The position numbers and the translations under genes were made by a program. A stretch of 64,000 nt of DNA from positions 1 through 64,000 of IMG/VR virus record IMGVR_UViG_3300030329_005959. One strand, written 5' to 3'. Source of the stretch: a virus. Below are positions 27,601-35,543 of the stretch, piece by piece; the first letter of the stretch is position 1; every line of letters begins with the position of its first letter. Under the pieces are notes generated by a model. That model ran no database searches. It was not told the DNA's origin and saw only the letters and a program-made list of their open reading frames with translations.

Positions 27601-28710
27601 AATCTTTTAAGGTATACGACACAATCTCATACAGGGTCTCAATTTGATAAGGTTATGGGCGGGTCTGGTTTTGCCTCAGTAGCGCTAGGACCGCAAAGTG
27701 CCCAAATGACCATGTTTGCTAGACGGACAAGTCCACAGTTCCAGACAGAACAAGAGTCGAAAAGAGAATCTCTTAATCTTTATCTTCGTCAGCTTAATTA
27801 TGAAGAAGAGTTAAGAAGACAAGAAGAGGAGCGGAAGAGGGCTTTAAAGGGAGCTATTTTGTCGGCGGTTGTGTCGGTGGGCATGAATCAATTTGCCACG
27901 GGCTTCGGTGAGTCAATGAAAGCTGGCCAAGGATTTGGAAAATCATTGGGGGCTGGCTTTACTGGCTTTGAGCAAGGTGGGGAAAGGTTCGGAGGGTTGC
28001 TTAATTTCAATCCTAGCACAGAGGCTCTTCCTTCCACGCGAGAGGGATTTAAACCCGCAAAATACAAAAACTTGGGTCAATTCTGGAGCGGCACTGGCGT
28101 TGGAGGTGGCACTGGCGTTGGCGGTGGCGGTTTCGGTAGTTCTTTTATACAGGGTATTCAAAACGTCACACAACAAGGCGTTAGGGCAATAGAAGGAGCT
28201 ACAACAGCAGCTCTTGAGATGTTGGGCTTTACAGATGTCGCTGGAAACCCTGGAGTTCTTCCTCCAAAGAGAGCATTCAAAGGTTTTTGGAAATGGGGGC
28301 CAAGAGGAAGTAATAACTTTGTAAGGGACATGGCCACTGGTGGATATATCTCTCCCGCTGCTGGAATAGATACAGTCCCCATCAATGCCACGGGGGGAGA
28401 ATTTATGATGAACGCTGCTGCTACCCAACGCATCGGGCGTGGGAATCTCGCTGCGCTTAATTCGGGAGGAGGTCAAGAGGGAGGAGGCGACGAGGCGATA
28501 GTCTCTAGACTTGACGAGCTTATTGCTGTGACTAATGGAAGCGGAGAAACCATTATTAACATCACTATTAATTCTGACGGAACCGAAACTCAAACCCAAC
28601 AAGGAAACGGAGAAGAAGAGCAGCGTAATTTGGCTGGAAGAATCAGAGATGTGGTGAGACAAACAATTGAAGAAGAAAAAAGATTGGGAGGTTCATTAAG
28701 AAGGGTTTAA
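21622..28710 (+). CDS. Tail tape measure protein
   Basis: 2362 aa. TP901-like N-terminal core (VIGNSFKTIFTRIQ), long coiled coils, C-terminal GGxI...DDVP/DTVP...GEF motifs. Confidence 0.9.
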   Translation: MPLRVPAVVTGLEASIEAQAKKAGRNLKLNLGTSAKSIEGLSQPLGRITGKADQFTKSMEAANARVLAFGASVGVLSAVTQGFKELVTTTIQVEKQLASINSILRVSNEQLAGFKKTIFAVARDTEQSFDTVATAALELSRQGLKAEEVVKRLNDAMILSRLSGLGASEAVAGLTAAINSFGKDTTTSTEVLNKLSAASIKAAVSERDLIEGIKRSGSVAIQAGVSLDELVGVISAVQEKTARGGAVIGNSFKTIFTRIQSLDKLKTMQDLGVQVTDASGAVLSGTKLIQNLARTIETLPDAKKLQIAENLVGKFQIAPFLAILDDYNSKTSKAIEITDVAANATNEAYTRNVALNKTLSAAINEANVNLKELAETLGSIGITDSLKGVLGFFNTLVTNIKELLEGEGIGSDFAKGIVKGIGGVLAGPGLAIFGAIIAKLTIDLVKFGTGSLKTFFGLNKAAKEQATLQGQIASTLLGNKGIQQQILAIENSTLSTEQKRAAQIKFFTTALNEQLGVMSKMQGIASRIAPGVAAGTRRRGRAAGGYIPNFSASGSYGSESSDIKRGVGGAPSSARPVVIPNFNFGGGRRGAMVANSSEYIVPNFAGGSGSAIFNQNMVASMGLPTGARKIRAARGYIPNFVDADFQGTGYSEQQLANANLLMEGKDGKTLKNRSDIARIAKGVRNPKAAGIAEGVLKKLKVAEKLPLPHINRGGGLYGMLVNEPVGTPMTKMFVGETKRGVSASKSKTPNSKAIVDVPIFGVNPSKVKGKTNAQLVDELTEQLLTESLDFARMAGGGVIPKKGVRAKDIENSLNEGSARSAAGSVFESGLAALLDAEAFKDFKGRAATSLMDFKTDQIKNIKNAPLFDIPKSKAKKGLEAKGGAGDSLIGSTAEKIYKILFKGKEAFTSKKGSAASGYIPNFAGALEAAVARENAAGLPISQIRINQSGKLRNAGNPMGLAVTNTRDEPTGAVPNFAIISPEARKEHMARDSNTKALDSSTEEIKKNKKAQRDLLGPIFAVQAGLSFLSAATSEAEGGVGRFTNRITEAFSGATTAAFAGVAISDFGESLKEEGGKLGEAFGGALGKIGMWGAAIGAGVAIWKGAVQVFEDVTGITDKSKDALDILAEATNQASRSMEELNVAQQRRLKLETENLIPQRSGFFSRLGGPNLAEMATGLKGDPDFGNVPIRTQSPQKRFQDRFVTTSGSWGKKFEELEFKGTQTQDIMRSAMEFGLLQGLSPRFLRGERRRLGFQQTFTPFAGGGIDDDKWNTGPLLGRQTGPNARVMTSTSVVPAGERLEFAIDIDEAKAFAEFMQSAGVGRITSEIKEVLKDIDLRPEGGIVDPRAIGIRRSDEFWEDMLKMSDEDQAKVEAKLGLGQGLAVETLKEVEKRLNLEGKIDLEYVKQLISQKALNDEKKRGTQNEEGFNKIQQIRAEQGKALIKLAVARKEAELTNTDALKSQLKIAGILGDKTTEELRIIKETIALRDLDKELIKERLNVLNEAADSLEGIAIDEEKVKDVVASIVELSKEDLITKDRAVEILRETLDINTLTEDGMEAQLTKILKLNAEKLKGLGLDKEALQVLLESEFAAERRNQAILNANQQLSNLAAREKFGVDLTQTQNLNALRATQTNLTREKEAGITTPERRDEVERQLRRIRTQILRGERTQREAGFLEQARGLSRAKGVGLAGAVQGDNLRAQLEGAGDFDAAISFLRMFKESLPDNAEGNALRKQIDDLDRKVKLERLNSDATIKTAEAEEQLITERVKAFNELEKQIIQLQRQGGLGLRFAEPSKIRAARRRQEAVDETREGGRFEGLRPDVAISVSDRQRSVFQRLSERAEFDPLTQYDTLATNIENAAINFKDTISDAMVDAIIQGGSLKDILTSAATEFFTTMSKAFMRSAVDQIVGSGLGAFADQKNSGGLITGGSGKKDDVPTLLTGGEFVIRKGSVLRYGRDFLEDLNAGRVPQMQRGGYFTAPGTFGQGAITGKENLLRYTTQSHTGSQFDKVMGGSGFASVALGPQSAQMTMFARRTSPQFQTEQESKRESLNLYLRQLNYEEELRRQEEERKRALKGAILSAVVSVGMNQFATGFGESMKAGQGFGKSLGAGFTGFEQGGERFGGLLNFNPSTEALPSTREGFKPAKYKNLGQFWSGTGVGGGTGVGGGGFGSSFIQGIQNVTQQGVRAIEGATTAALEMLGFTDVAGNPGVLPPKRAFKGFWKWGPRGSNNFVRDMATGGYISPAAGIDTVPINATGGEFMMNAAATQRIGRGNLAALNSGGGQEGGGDEAIVSRLDELIAVTNGSGETIINITINSDGTETQTQQGNGEEEQRNLAGRIRDVVRQTIEEEKRLGGSLRRV

Positions 28711-28713
28711 AAA

Positions 28714-29520
28714 GTGTTTGAAACAAAACTAAATTATGATTCCCATTTTTTTGTAGATGGGGAAGAAATATCGGGAGTTGATGCGATAGATATTGGTTAT
28801 CAAAATTCCGCCAATACAACCAATCCTCTTGGTTATCATGCGGGAGTTGTAACGGTGGGAGGAGCCACCCAACAAACCTTATCTGTTTCTAGATCTTTAA
28901 TTTCCAGCACACCCTTAGAGGAGGTAGCGGCTGGACAAAGAATGTCAGGAAGCTTAAATTATGGAGGAGAATCTTATGGATTTGACAATGGTTATATCGT
29001 AGATGTTTCTGTTAATTGTGCCGTAGGTGCCATCCCCAAAACAAATTATAATTTTATTATTTATGATGAGCTAAAAACAGGAGTAGACGCTTCTGGAAGC
29101 GCGACTAGCTCTATACATATACCAAGTCAAGGATCTATTTCTATTACGTGTGATGGTTCAAGCACCAATAGGGTATTAGGATTTGATTATAGAACCGAAG
29201 TTCCGATAGCTCCATATTATACAATTGGTTCAGAAATACCCGCTGGAGTTAAGTATGTGGGACCAACGAAGTATACGGCATCCGTTCAGTTAGAAGTAGA
29301 TGATATTTTTCCTGAAAGCGGATACACATTTTTGACTTCTGGCAAGGACGGCAGAGGCGGAAAGTTCTCTAGCAGCAGTGTTAGCTTAACCGTAGCTGGA
29401 AGAGATGGAACAAGTATACAAACTTATGGCATACCCTCTGCGGTTCTAGTCGGAGAACAGCTCAATGCAACTGCTGATGGATCTTTGAGATTAACTTTAA
29501 ATTATATAGGACATCTATAA
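28714..29520 (+). CDS. Tail-tube-fold protein (tail tip/initiator paralogue)
   Basis: GYIVDVSVNCAVGAIP and APYYTIGS match tube motifs; directly after the tape measure gene. Confidence 0.55.
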   Translation: MFETKLNYDSHFFVDGEEISGVDAIDIGYQNSANTTNPLGYHAGVVTVGGATQQTLSVSRSLISSTPLEEVAAGQRMSGSLNYGGESYGFDNGYIVDVSVNCAVGAIPKTNYNFIIYDELKTGVDASGSATSSIHIPSQGSISITCDGSSTNRVLGFDYRTEVPIAPYYTIGSEIPAGVKYVGPTKYTASVQLEVDDIFPESGYTFLTSGKDGRGGKFSSSSVSLTVAGRDGTSIQTYGIPSAVLVGEQLNATADGSLRLTLNYIGHL

Positions 29521-30473
29521 TGGGAGAAAGCTTATTCTATAACAGAGATGAAAACTTCTCAGGAATAACAGTTCCAAGCGAGCTGTCGGGGATGAATTTT
29601 ACCCCTGTTTATGGCTCTCTGGTTACCTTTTCTTCTACCAACCATAAATATAATACTGATGATTTTTATTATAATTTAATACCAATGTCAGTAGATAGTT
29701 TAACGGCTCGGTTTGATGTTAGGTATGATGTTAATGAAAGCGGAGCACAAAAACTAGGAGCTTTTTTTGAAAGTAAAGAGGGTTTTGATCCTTTGGAATT
29801 TACTCCTGATAATTCGGGCATTTATAAAACCGTTTCAGGATATTGTGATAATTATGCTGTTAACTTTATAAACAACCAACACTTTGAAGTGGCGGCTAGC
29901 GTTAATGTTGATCGCGCCCCTACATTGTTAAATTGGTCGGGTGGTAATTTTTCTAATGTTCCATTTCAAGATTGGGTTCCATCTACAAACTTTAAAAAAT
30001 ATGATGTGGTTTATACTGGTATAAGCACAAACAAATTAAACAACTTTTATTATTGCACTGGTGACCACTTCGCCTCCCATAAGACTAGTCCCACAGGTGC
30101 CCATTCCATGTGGTCTCAGAAATTTTTCTTTGAACCAGATGTTGGAGTAAAAAATGATGTTAAAATTAAAGCGGATATCTTACAATATAAAAATTCTTTT
30201 ACAGAGCGTTTGAAAACTAATGACAATATATCGACATTTGATATGTCATATACTTATACCAATATTACAGACCACCAACTAAAGTGTATGTTACATTTTC
30301 TCGAAAGAAAAGGTGGCTACCGACGATTTGAACATCAAATCCCTTCTGTTTATAATAGACCCAAGGTTTATTACTGCCCTACATGGACTCATACATGGAA
30401 TTCTTTTAATTCTAATAATTTAACGGTTGATCTTATCGAAGATCCACTAGGCGTAATCCCAACAGGAACATAA
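29520..30473 (+). CDS. Distal/minor tail protein with a central carbohydrate-binding-like insert
   Basis: Two repeated units (FFESKEGFDPLEF / FLERKGGYRRFE) of lambda gpM type. WVPSTNFKKYDVVY...YYCTGDH resembles a CBM5/12-like module. Confidence 0.5.
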   Translation: MGESLFYNRDENFSGITVPSELSGMNFTPVYGSLVTFSSTNHKYNTDDFYYNLIPMSVDSLTARFDVRYDVNESGAQKLGAFFESKEGFDPLEFTPDNSGIYKTVSGYCDNYAVNFINNQHFEVAASVNVDRAPTLLNWSGGNFSNVPFQDWVPSTNFKKYDVVYTGISTNKLNNFYYCTGDHFASHKTSPTGAHSMWSQKFFFEPDVGVKNDVKIKADILQYKNSFTERLKTNDNISTFDMSYTYTNITDHQLKCMLHFLERKGGYRRFEHQIPSVYNRPKVYYCPTWTHTWNSFNSNNLTVDLIEDPLGVIPTGT

Positions 30474-30474
30474 A

Positions 30475-31569
30475 ATGGCTAAAAATATTTTAAGAAGTAA
30501 CAATGCCGCCGTTCTAATAGGAAACGGAACGGGTTTTTCTACTTCAGACTTAGGTGTCGAATTATATAGGCTTGTTCAGGATTTTGATTATTCAATTCAA
30601 CTTCCTCGCCAAGAGTCAAAAGAATTGGGGAGTCAAGATTTTGTTTTTAGAGGGTTAATGCAACAGCCTGATGTGTCGTTAAATTTTTCATATATTCCAG
30701 AACCTGCTCTAGCTAATGAGCAGTTATCTCATTTTCTAGACAATACCGCGACTTCTACTTTTGTTAACATGTTTTCTGGTCAGGAAAACTTTAACAATAA
30801 TTTTTATGTAATATCTGCCCCAAGTGGAAATCAAAACGCAATTGACTCGTTATCTTTCGATGAAGATTTTTTTGATCTTAGTGGTTTTGATTGTATTGCT
30901 TTTGGGAATTGCTTTCCTCAGTCTTACGGCATAAGTTATGGGGTAGGAACTCTCCCGATGGTTTCTGCTGGTTATATTTGTTCAAATGCGGTATTTGAAA
31001 ACCTAACGGGAGAATCTATGTTGATGCCATCTATCAACCTTACGGGAGGAAACAACGACAATGTGGGAAGATGTTTATTCCAAATAGACCCAGCGTATGG
31101 AACTGATCCAGCAAACTGCCCCATCGTTAATCCCACCAACACGGGGAGCAGCATTGTTTTGCAAAATTTAGAAGTGGGTGGGCAAAACCTGTCTGGAGTT
31201 CACTTTGTCCAATCTTTAGATATGTCTGTAGAACTCCCAAGGATTTCTAGTTATGGGTTGGGTAATGACTTTGCTTATAACAGAAAAGCCCAGTTCCCAG
31301 CCCGAGGATCTTTCAACGTATCTTCCTTGGTTTCAGGAATGGACAGCGGAATAATGACGGGGCTTTTAAACCAAACAGAAGATATAAATTATAGCTTTGA
31401 ACTAGCTTTGGAAGTGAGCGGTTACAAAATGATTTATCAGATTGAAGACGCCAAATTAAATTCTTACAATTATGCGATGACAGTAAACAATATGATGTCT
31501 TTTAGTGCGGGTTTTGGTTTTGAGGTAACTGAAACAAAAGGGCTAAAAATGAGTGGGACTCTTTATTAA
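30475..31569 (+). CDS. Tail-tube paralogue
   Basis: VQDFDYSIQLPRQ...PDVSLNFSY, FGNCFPQSYGISYGVGTLP and HFVQSLDMSVELPR align with 16444-17568. Confidence 0.65.
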   Translation: MAKNILRSNNAAVLIGNGTGFSTSDLGVELYRLVQDFDYSIQLPRQESKELGSQDFVFRGLMQQPDVSLNFSYIPEPALANEQLSHFLDNTATSTFVNMFSGQENFNNNFYVISAPSGNQNAIDSLSFDEDFFDLSGFDCIAFGNCFPQSYGISYGVGTLPMVSAGYICSNAVFENLTGESMLMPSINLTGGNNDNVGRCLFQIDPAYGTDPANCPIVNPTNTGSSIVLQNLEVGGQNLSGVHFVQSLDMSVELPRISSYGLGNDFAYNRKAQFPARGSFNVSSLVSGMDSGIMTGLLNQTEDINYSFELALEVSGYKMIYQIEDAKLNSYNYAMTVNNMMSFSAGFGFEVTETKGLKMSGTLY

Positions 31570-31952
31570 TCGTAGTCAATTTTAACGTTCTTGCTTTCGT
31601 AACCCTTTTCTTTAATTCTGTTAGGGTGTTCTGCTCCTCCCCTCTCTTTGGCATAATTGTTGTAGAATTTTTCCTTAACAGGGTCTTCTCCCCCTCTTTT
31701 TTCTGCTCGTTTATGACTTAGTTCTTGAGAGAGATCCATCATATCTCCCACTGTCCCTTTTTTGTTATAGGTCGCGTCTATAAACTGTTGGCTGCTAAAA
31801 GGATCTATCGAATTATCAATGGAGGCGTTGGGAGAAAGAAAAACTCTCTTCCACTTCACGCCGTCCTCTGAATAAATGTGTTTATCATTCATCCCTTGCA
31901 ATACCTCGCGGTATTCTTCTTTGTCGGGATGTTTGTAAACATAGATCGGCAT
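31566..31952 (-). CDS. FmdB-like protein (degenerate zinc ribbon)
   Basis: MPIYVYKHP...WKRVFLSP pattern of the FmdB family, but the Cys ligands are absent. Confidence 0.55.
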   Translation of the reverse strand: MPIYVYKHPDKEEYREVLQGMNDKHIYSEDGVKWKRVFLSPNASIDNSIDPFSSQQFIDATYNKKGTVGDMMDLSQELSHKRAEKRGGEDPVKEKFYNNYAKERGGAEHPNRIKEKGYESKNVKIDYD

Positions 31953-32278
31953 TATGTTTCAATAGGAATAACTTTTCCTTCAGAGACTTCTTTTTTCGGC
32001 ATCGTAATAGTCAGCAATCCATTTTCCAATTTAGAAAAAATACACTCTTCGGCAACGTCTTTTGTTAAATGTATTTTAAATTTTTTACGACGTTTCTTAT
32101 TTTCGGCACAAACACTTAAAGCTCCGTTGAGAGAGGTAAGTTTAATTTCTTTTTTAGAAAACCCAGCCAGCTCCAATTCTGCTGTATACACATCTCCCAT
32201 GTCTGCCACAGATACATCTGAAGCTAATGTAAAGGGATAGGTAGGGTTTTCAAATAGTTTTTCGAATAAAGGATTCAT
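31952..32278 (-). CDS. Small heat-shock protein (Hsp20)
   Basis: ELELAGFSKKEIKL, LSVCAE, SKLENGLLTITMPKK alpha-crystallin motifs. Confidence 0.9.
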   Translation of the reverse strand: MNPLFEKLFENPTYPFTLASDVSVADMGDVYTAELELAGFSKKEIKLTSLNGALSVCAENKKRRKKFKIHLTKDVAEECIFSKLENGLLTITMPKKEVSEGKVIPIET

Positions 32279-32289
32279 GGTTATTTAAT

Positions 32290-32306
32290 AGCAAACGTTA
32301 TACCAA
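32290..32306 (-). promoter_or_regulatory. Sigma54-type (-24/-12) promoter of hsp20
   Basis: Minus strand TTGGTATAACGTTTGCT = GG-N10-GC, 12 nt before the ATG. Confidence 0.6.
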
Positions 32307-32315
32307 GGCTAAATT

Positions 32316-33389
32316 TTAGAAAATAGCCTTTAAAATAGCATCTACGGTTTTAGCGTAGGTCATTTCTTCCGCTAACTTTTGTCCCTCTGAGTTAACTTGT
32401 CCCACTTTTTCTTCCGCGTTTTCCATAGCAGAAATGGCTTCGTCTTCGGTCCAAGTGTAGAAAGTTCCCTTATTAAACGGAGATTGTTCATTAAAGAACA
32501 GTCCGTCAATTACGGGCATTTCTCCTGAGGGCTCGATTAAGATTGAATTTTTTTCATTAGCCCAGTCTTTATGTGAGGTGGCATTTAATACAATGCTCCA
32601 CTTGCCCAAGCAGGTAGCGTTGAAGGCGGGTAGATTCCATCCTTCTCCTCCTGACAGACCAGTTAAATCAATATCAATTGCGTTTAAAAGCTCATTAACC
32701 TCGCTATTTTTTTCCAAGGGGGGAATTATATTAATATTATTAAAATGTTTTCCCTCTAAGGTTTGAGCTATCATTCCTTGCATTTGCTCTGGCTTAAAAA
32801 ACGGGTTATTTATACAGCAAGAGAGCTGGTATTTGTTGTTGTTCCCATATTTTTTAAGCCAAGTCTTAATGATCTTCTGGGTGTGTTTTCTATTTTCATA
32901 TTTCCCCATTAACCCAAAATGGATGACATCCGTAAGATAATCTTTTTTGGTGGGATAAAAATCTTCATCTAGACCCAAAGGAATGGCTTTTGTATTTGTG
33001 GCTCCCTTAGAATCAAAATGTTTTTTAGCTTCTGTAGAGCTGAAAAAGGTTGTATCTTGATGAGAACATAAGGCCATCTCCGTTTTCGTTGGCTGATTAC
33101 ATTCGTAGAAAGTGAAAAGATGTTGATCTTTTGTTTTTCTATTTTCACTTCCATTCAAGTGCCACAATCTTAAGCATGGAATTTCTGCTTTTAGAAAATC
33201 CCATCTCCGATTAATGCCCGTTTCTATATATTTTTTAAGTTCTTCAGAAACATCAAAAGCGCTAAGATCGACATCTCCCGTAGGGAAGATGCCTATCTCA
33301 ACGTTTAGCTTATATAATTCCCTAAGAAAATTATAAGAAACGTTTCCAAAGCTTAATCTATTAAGCGGGATTTCTAAAAGAAGCTTCAT
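32316..33389 (-). CDS. GT-B (GT4-like) glycosyltransferase
   Basis: IPLGLDEDFYP, GKYENRKHT, LSGGEGWNLPAF. Confidence 0.85.
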   Translation of the reverse strand: MKLLLEIPLNRLSFGNVSYNFLRELYKLNVEIGIFPTGDVDLSAFDVSEELKKYIETGINRRWDFLKAEIPCLRLWHLNGSENRKTKDQHLFTFYECNQPTKTEMALCSHQDTTFFSSTEAKKHFDSKGATNTKAIPLGLDEDFYPTKKDYLTDVIHFGLMGKYENRKHTQKIIKTWLKKYGNNNKYQLSCCINNPFFKPEQMQGMIAQTLEGKHFNNINIIPPLEKNSEVNELLNAIDIDLTGLSGGEGWNLPAFNATCLGKWSIVLNATSHKDWANEKNSILIEPSGEMPVIDGLFFNEQSPFNKGTFYTWTEDEAISAMENAEEKVGQVNSEGQKLAEEMTYAKTVDAILKAIF

Positions 33390-33754
33390 TAAAAGGGAAC
33401 AAGATCTTCAGATTCCTCAGATTTTTCGCTTTCGGAGTCAGAGTCTGACTTCTTGCCAGAACTTAAAAACTGGAGATCCTTTCCGCGAATATAATATTTA
33501 CTAAAGGTCTTTCCATCCTTCTCCCAAGAAGACATGCAAAGTTCGCCTTGAACCATAAATTCGCGCCCCTTTGTGAGATATTGTTCCGCGATTTCTGCCG
33601 TCTTATTCCAAAACTCTACGTCGATAAAACATTTGGTTTTGGCGTTGGCTGTAGAGATCCCAACTCTCAGATTGGCTACCTTGTTGCCTGTATCAGTGGT
33701 TCGGACTTCGGGGTCTTTTACCAGATATGCTGCGGCTGTAATTGAATTAAACAT
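33389..33754 (-). CDS. ssb: Single-stranded DNA-binding protein
   Basis: LVKDPEVRTT, FIDVEFWNKTAE, LTKGREFMVQGEL, acidic tail ending DLVPF. Confidence 0.93.
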   Translation of the reverse strand: MFNSITAAAYLVKDPEVRTTDTGNKVANLRVGISTANAKTKCFIDVEFWNKTAEIAEQYLTKGREFMVQGELCMSSWEKDGKTFSKYYIRGKDLQFLSSGKKSDSDSESEKSEESEDLVPF

Positions 33755-34328
33755 AATTTCCTTCTTTTTTTACTTTGTTAATGAACCTGTTGTGGATATT
33801 TATACATCCTTGAATACTCATGTCAAGATCTTCTGCAATTTTTCTCCACGGAGTGAGTTTATTATTATCCACCCCATATCTTAAGTCAATTATTTTTTTG
33901 ACCCTTGCGTCCTTTTCTCTTTTTAGACATTTTTTAAACAAAATAAAAGCCTCTTCTTTATTTATTTCCCCTACAAAGCTCTCACACGAAGGCTCTATAT
34001 AGTTAGAAGCTCCGTCGATAAAAACCTCCCTGTTTTTTTTCTTCTTGTTAAGAATATTTAAACATTTCCATTTTGTCTGATTAGCTAAATGAGTGGAGAA
34101 TTTAGTATTTCTGTTAGGGTCGTAATTTAAAGCAGCAGAATAAATCGTAGAATCCTTTTCGCCCACTAATTGTTTTTTATCCACTGAACATTGAGGGTGA
34201 GACATAAACTGATTTACCATCGTGTGAAAAATGCCTGAGTGCCTGTCTATAATTTCTAGGAGGCTGTCCTCGTCGTTTGTTTTTTGGATATTAGAGATTA
34301 AAGTGTAGTCGCTTTGCACTGCACTCAT
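33747..34328 (-). CDS. Phage sigma70-family sigma factor (second)
   Basis: IYSAALNYDPNRNTKFSTH (region 2.2-2.3); IIDLRYG...TPWRKIAEDLDMS (region 4 HTH). Start re-assigned to MSAVQSD. Confidence 0.85.
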   Translation of the reverse strand: MSAVQSDYTLISNIQKTNDEDSLLEIIDRHSGIFHTMVNQFMSHPQCSVDKKQLVGEKDSTIYSAALNYDPNRNTKFSTHLANQTKWKCLNILNKKKKNREVFIDGASNYIEPSCESFVGEINKEEAFILFKKCLKREKDARVKKIIDLRYGVDNNKLTPWRKIAEDLDMSIQGCINIHNRFINKVKKEGNYV

Positions 34329-34568
34329 CTTACGGCCTGACTTGTCTTTTTCCAAAAGAATTCTCTGATTATTTATAATATATTTACAAAAACGTTTTAC
34401 ATAAAGAATAACGTTATCCTTTACTATTACGTTAAAGGATTAAGAATCGTTTTAGAACCGTTTCACGGTAATTGTAACGTGAAGTCTGATTCTGTCAACT
34501 AAAATTTTTCGGAAATTTCTTGATTGACGGTGGACACTGTGTTCCCCTAAGTGTAAATTCATTTGACC

Positions 34569-35543
34569 ATGATTTTTGAAGAACAAATATCCAGAAAGCC
34601 CGATCACTATCCTTGGGCACAAGAGTTTATTGAGGCAATGCATACTGGGTTTTGGACCGACAAAGAATTCAGTTTTAGCAGTGATATACAGGACTTTAAT
34701 GTCAATTTAGACGAAAATGAACGGGAGATGATTATTCGAACTCTGTCCGCGATTGGTCAAATTGAAGTAGCTGTAAAAAAATTCTGGAGCAAGCTTGGAG
34801 ATAACCTACCCCACCCCAGTTTAACCGATCTCGGCTATGTCATGGCTAACGTGGAAGTGATTCACAATAATGCTTACGAAAGACTCCTACAGATTCTGGG
34901 CCTAGAGGATATTTTCGAAGAAAATTTAAAGTTGGATTTTATCGAGGGTCGCGTCAATTATCTGAGGAAGTATACCCACAGGTTTTATAAAGATTCAAAG
35001 AAACAATATGTTTATGCTCTTATTTTGTTTACTTTGTTTGTGGAGAATGTCTCCTTATTTAGTCAGTTTTATGTAATCAATTGGTTTAACCGATATAGAA
35101 ACGTTCTTAAGGATACTGGTCAGCAAGTTAAATATACACGAAACGAAGAAAATATTCATGCTCTTGCAGGAATCAAGATCATCAACACCATCCGAAGTGA
35201 ACACCCAGAACTTTTTGATGAAGAATTAGAACAAAGAATAACCACTGAAGCTAAGGCTGCTTTTTTAGCAGAAAGCAACATTGTAGACTGGATGGTAAAT
35301 GGATTTAATGAAAAAGGACTCAGCGCCGAGATATTAAAAGAGTTTATTAAAAATAGAATAAATGATTCTCTGGAAAAAATCGGCTTTTCTACAGCGTTTG
35401 ATGTTGACACTTCAGTGTTGGAGGATACAATGTGGTTCGAAGAGGAATTGATTGGCAACAATGCCACAGATTTCTTTCACTCTCGTCCCGTAGAGTATTC
35501 TAAAAATTCTCAAACATTCGATGCTGACGACCTTTTTGAATGA
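34569..35543 (+). CDS. nrdB: Ribonucleotide reductase class Ia beta subunit
   Basis: FWTDKE, EVIHNNAY (radical Tyr), ENVSLFSQF, NEENIH, DFFHSRPVEYSK. Confidence 0.95.
   Translation: MIFEEQISRKPDHYPWAQEFIEAMHTGFWTDKEFSFSSDIQDFNVNLDENEREMIIRTLSAIGQIEVAVKKFWSKLGDNLPHPSLTDLGYVMANVEVIHNNAYERLLQILGLEDIFEENLKLDFIEGRVNYLRKYTHRFYKDSKKQYVYALILFTLFVENVSLFSQFYVINWFNRYRNVLKDTGQQVKYTRNEENIHALAGIKIINTIRSEHPELFDEELEQRITTEAKAAFLAESNIVDWMVNGFNEKGLSAEILKEFIKNRINDSLEKIGFSTAFDVDTSVLEDTMWFEEELIGNNATDFFHSRPVEYSKNSQTFDADDLFE

Noticed and set aside
21894-28662. Many antisense ORFs within the tape measure gene and other long genes (e.g. 27943-28662, 60338-60937)
   Set aside because: Expected shadow frames; no promoter motifs or recognisable domains.
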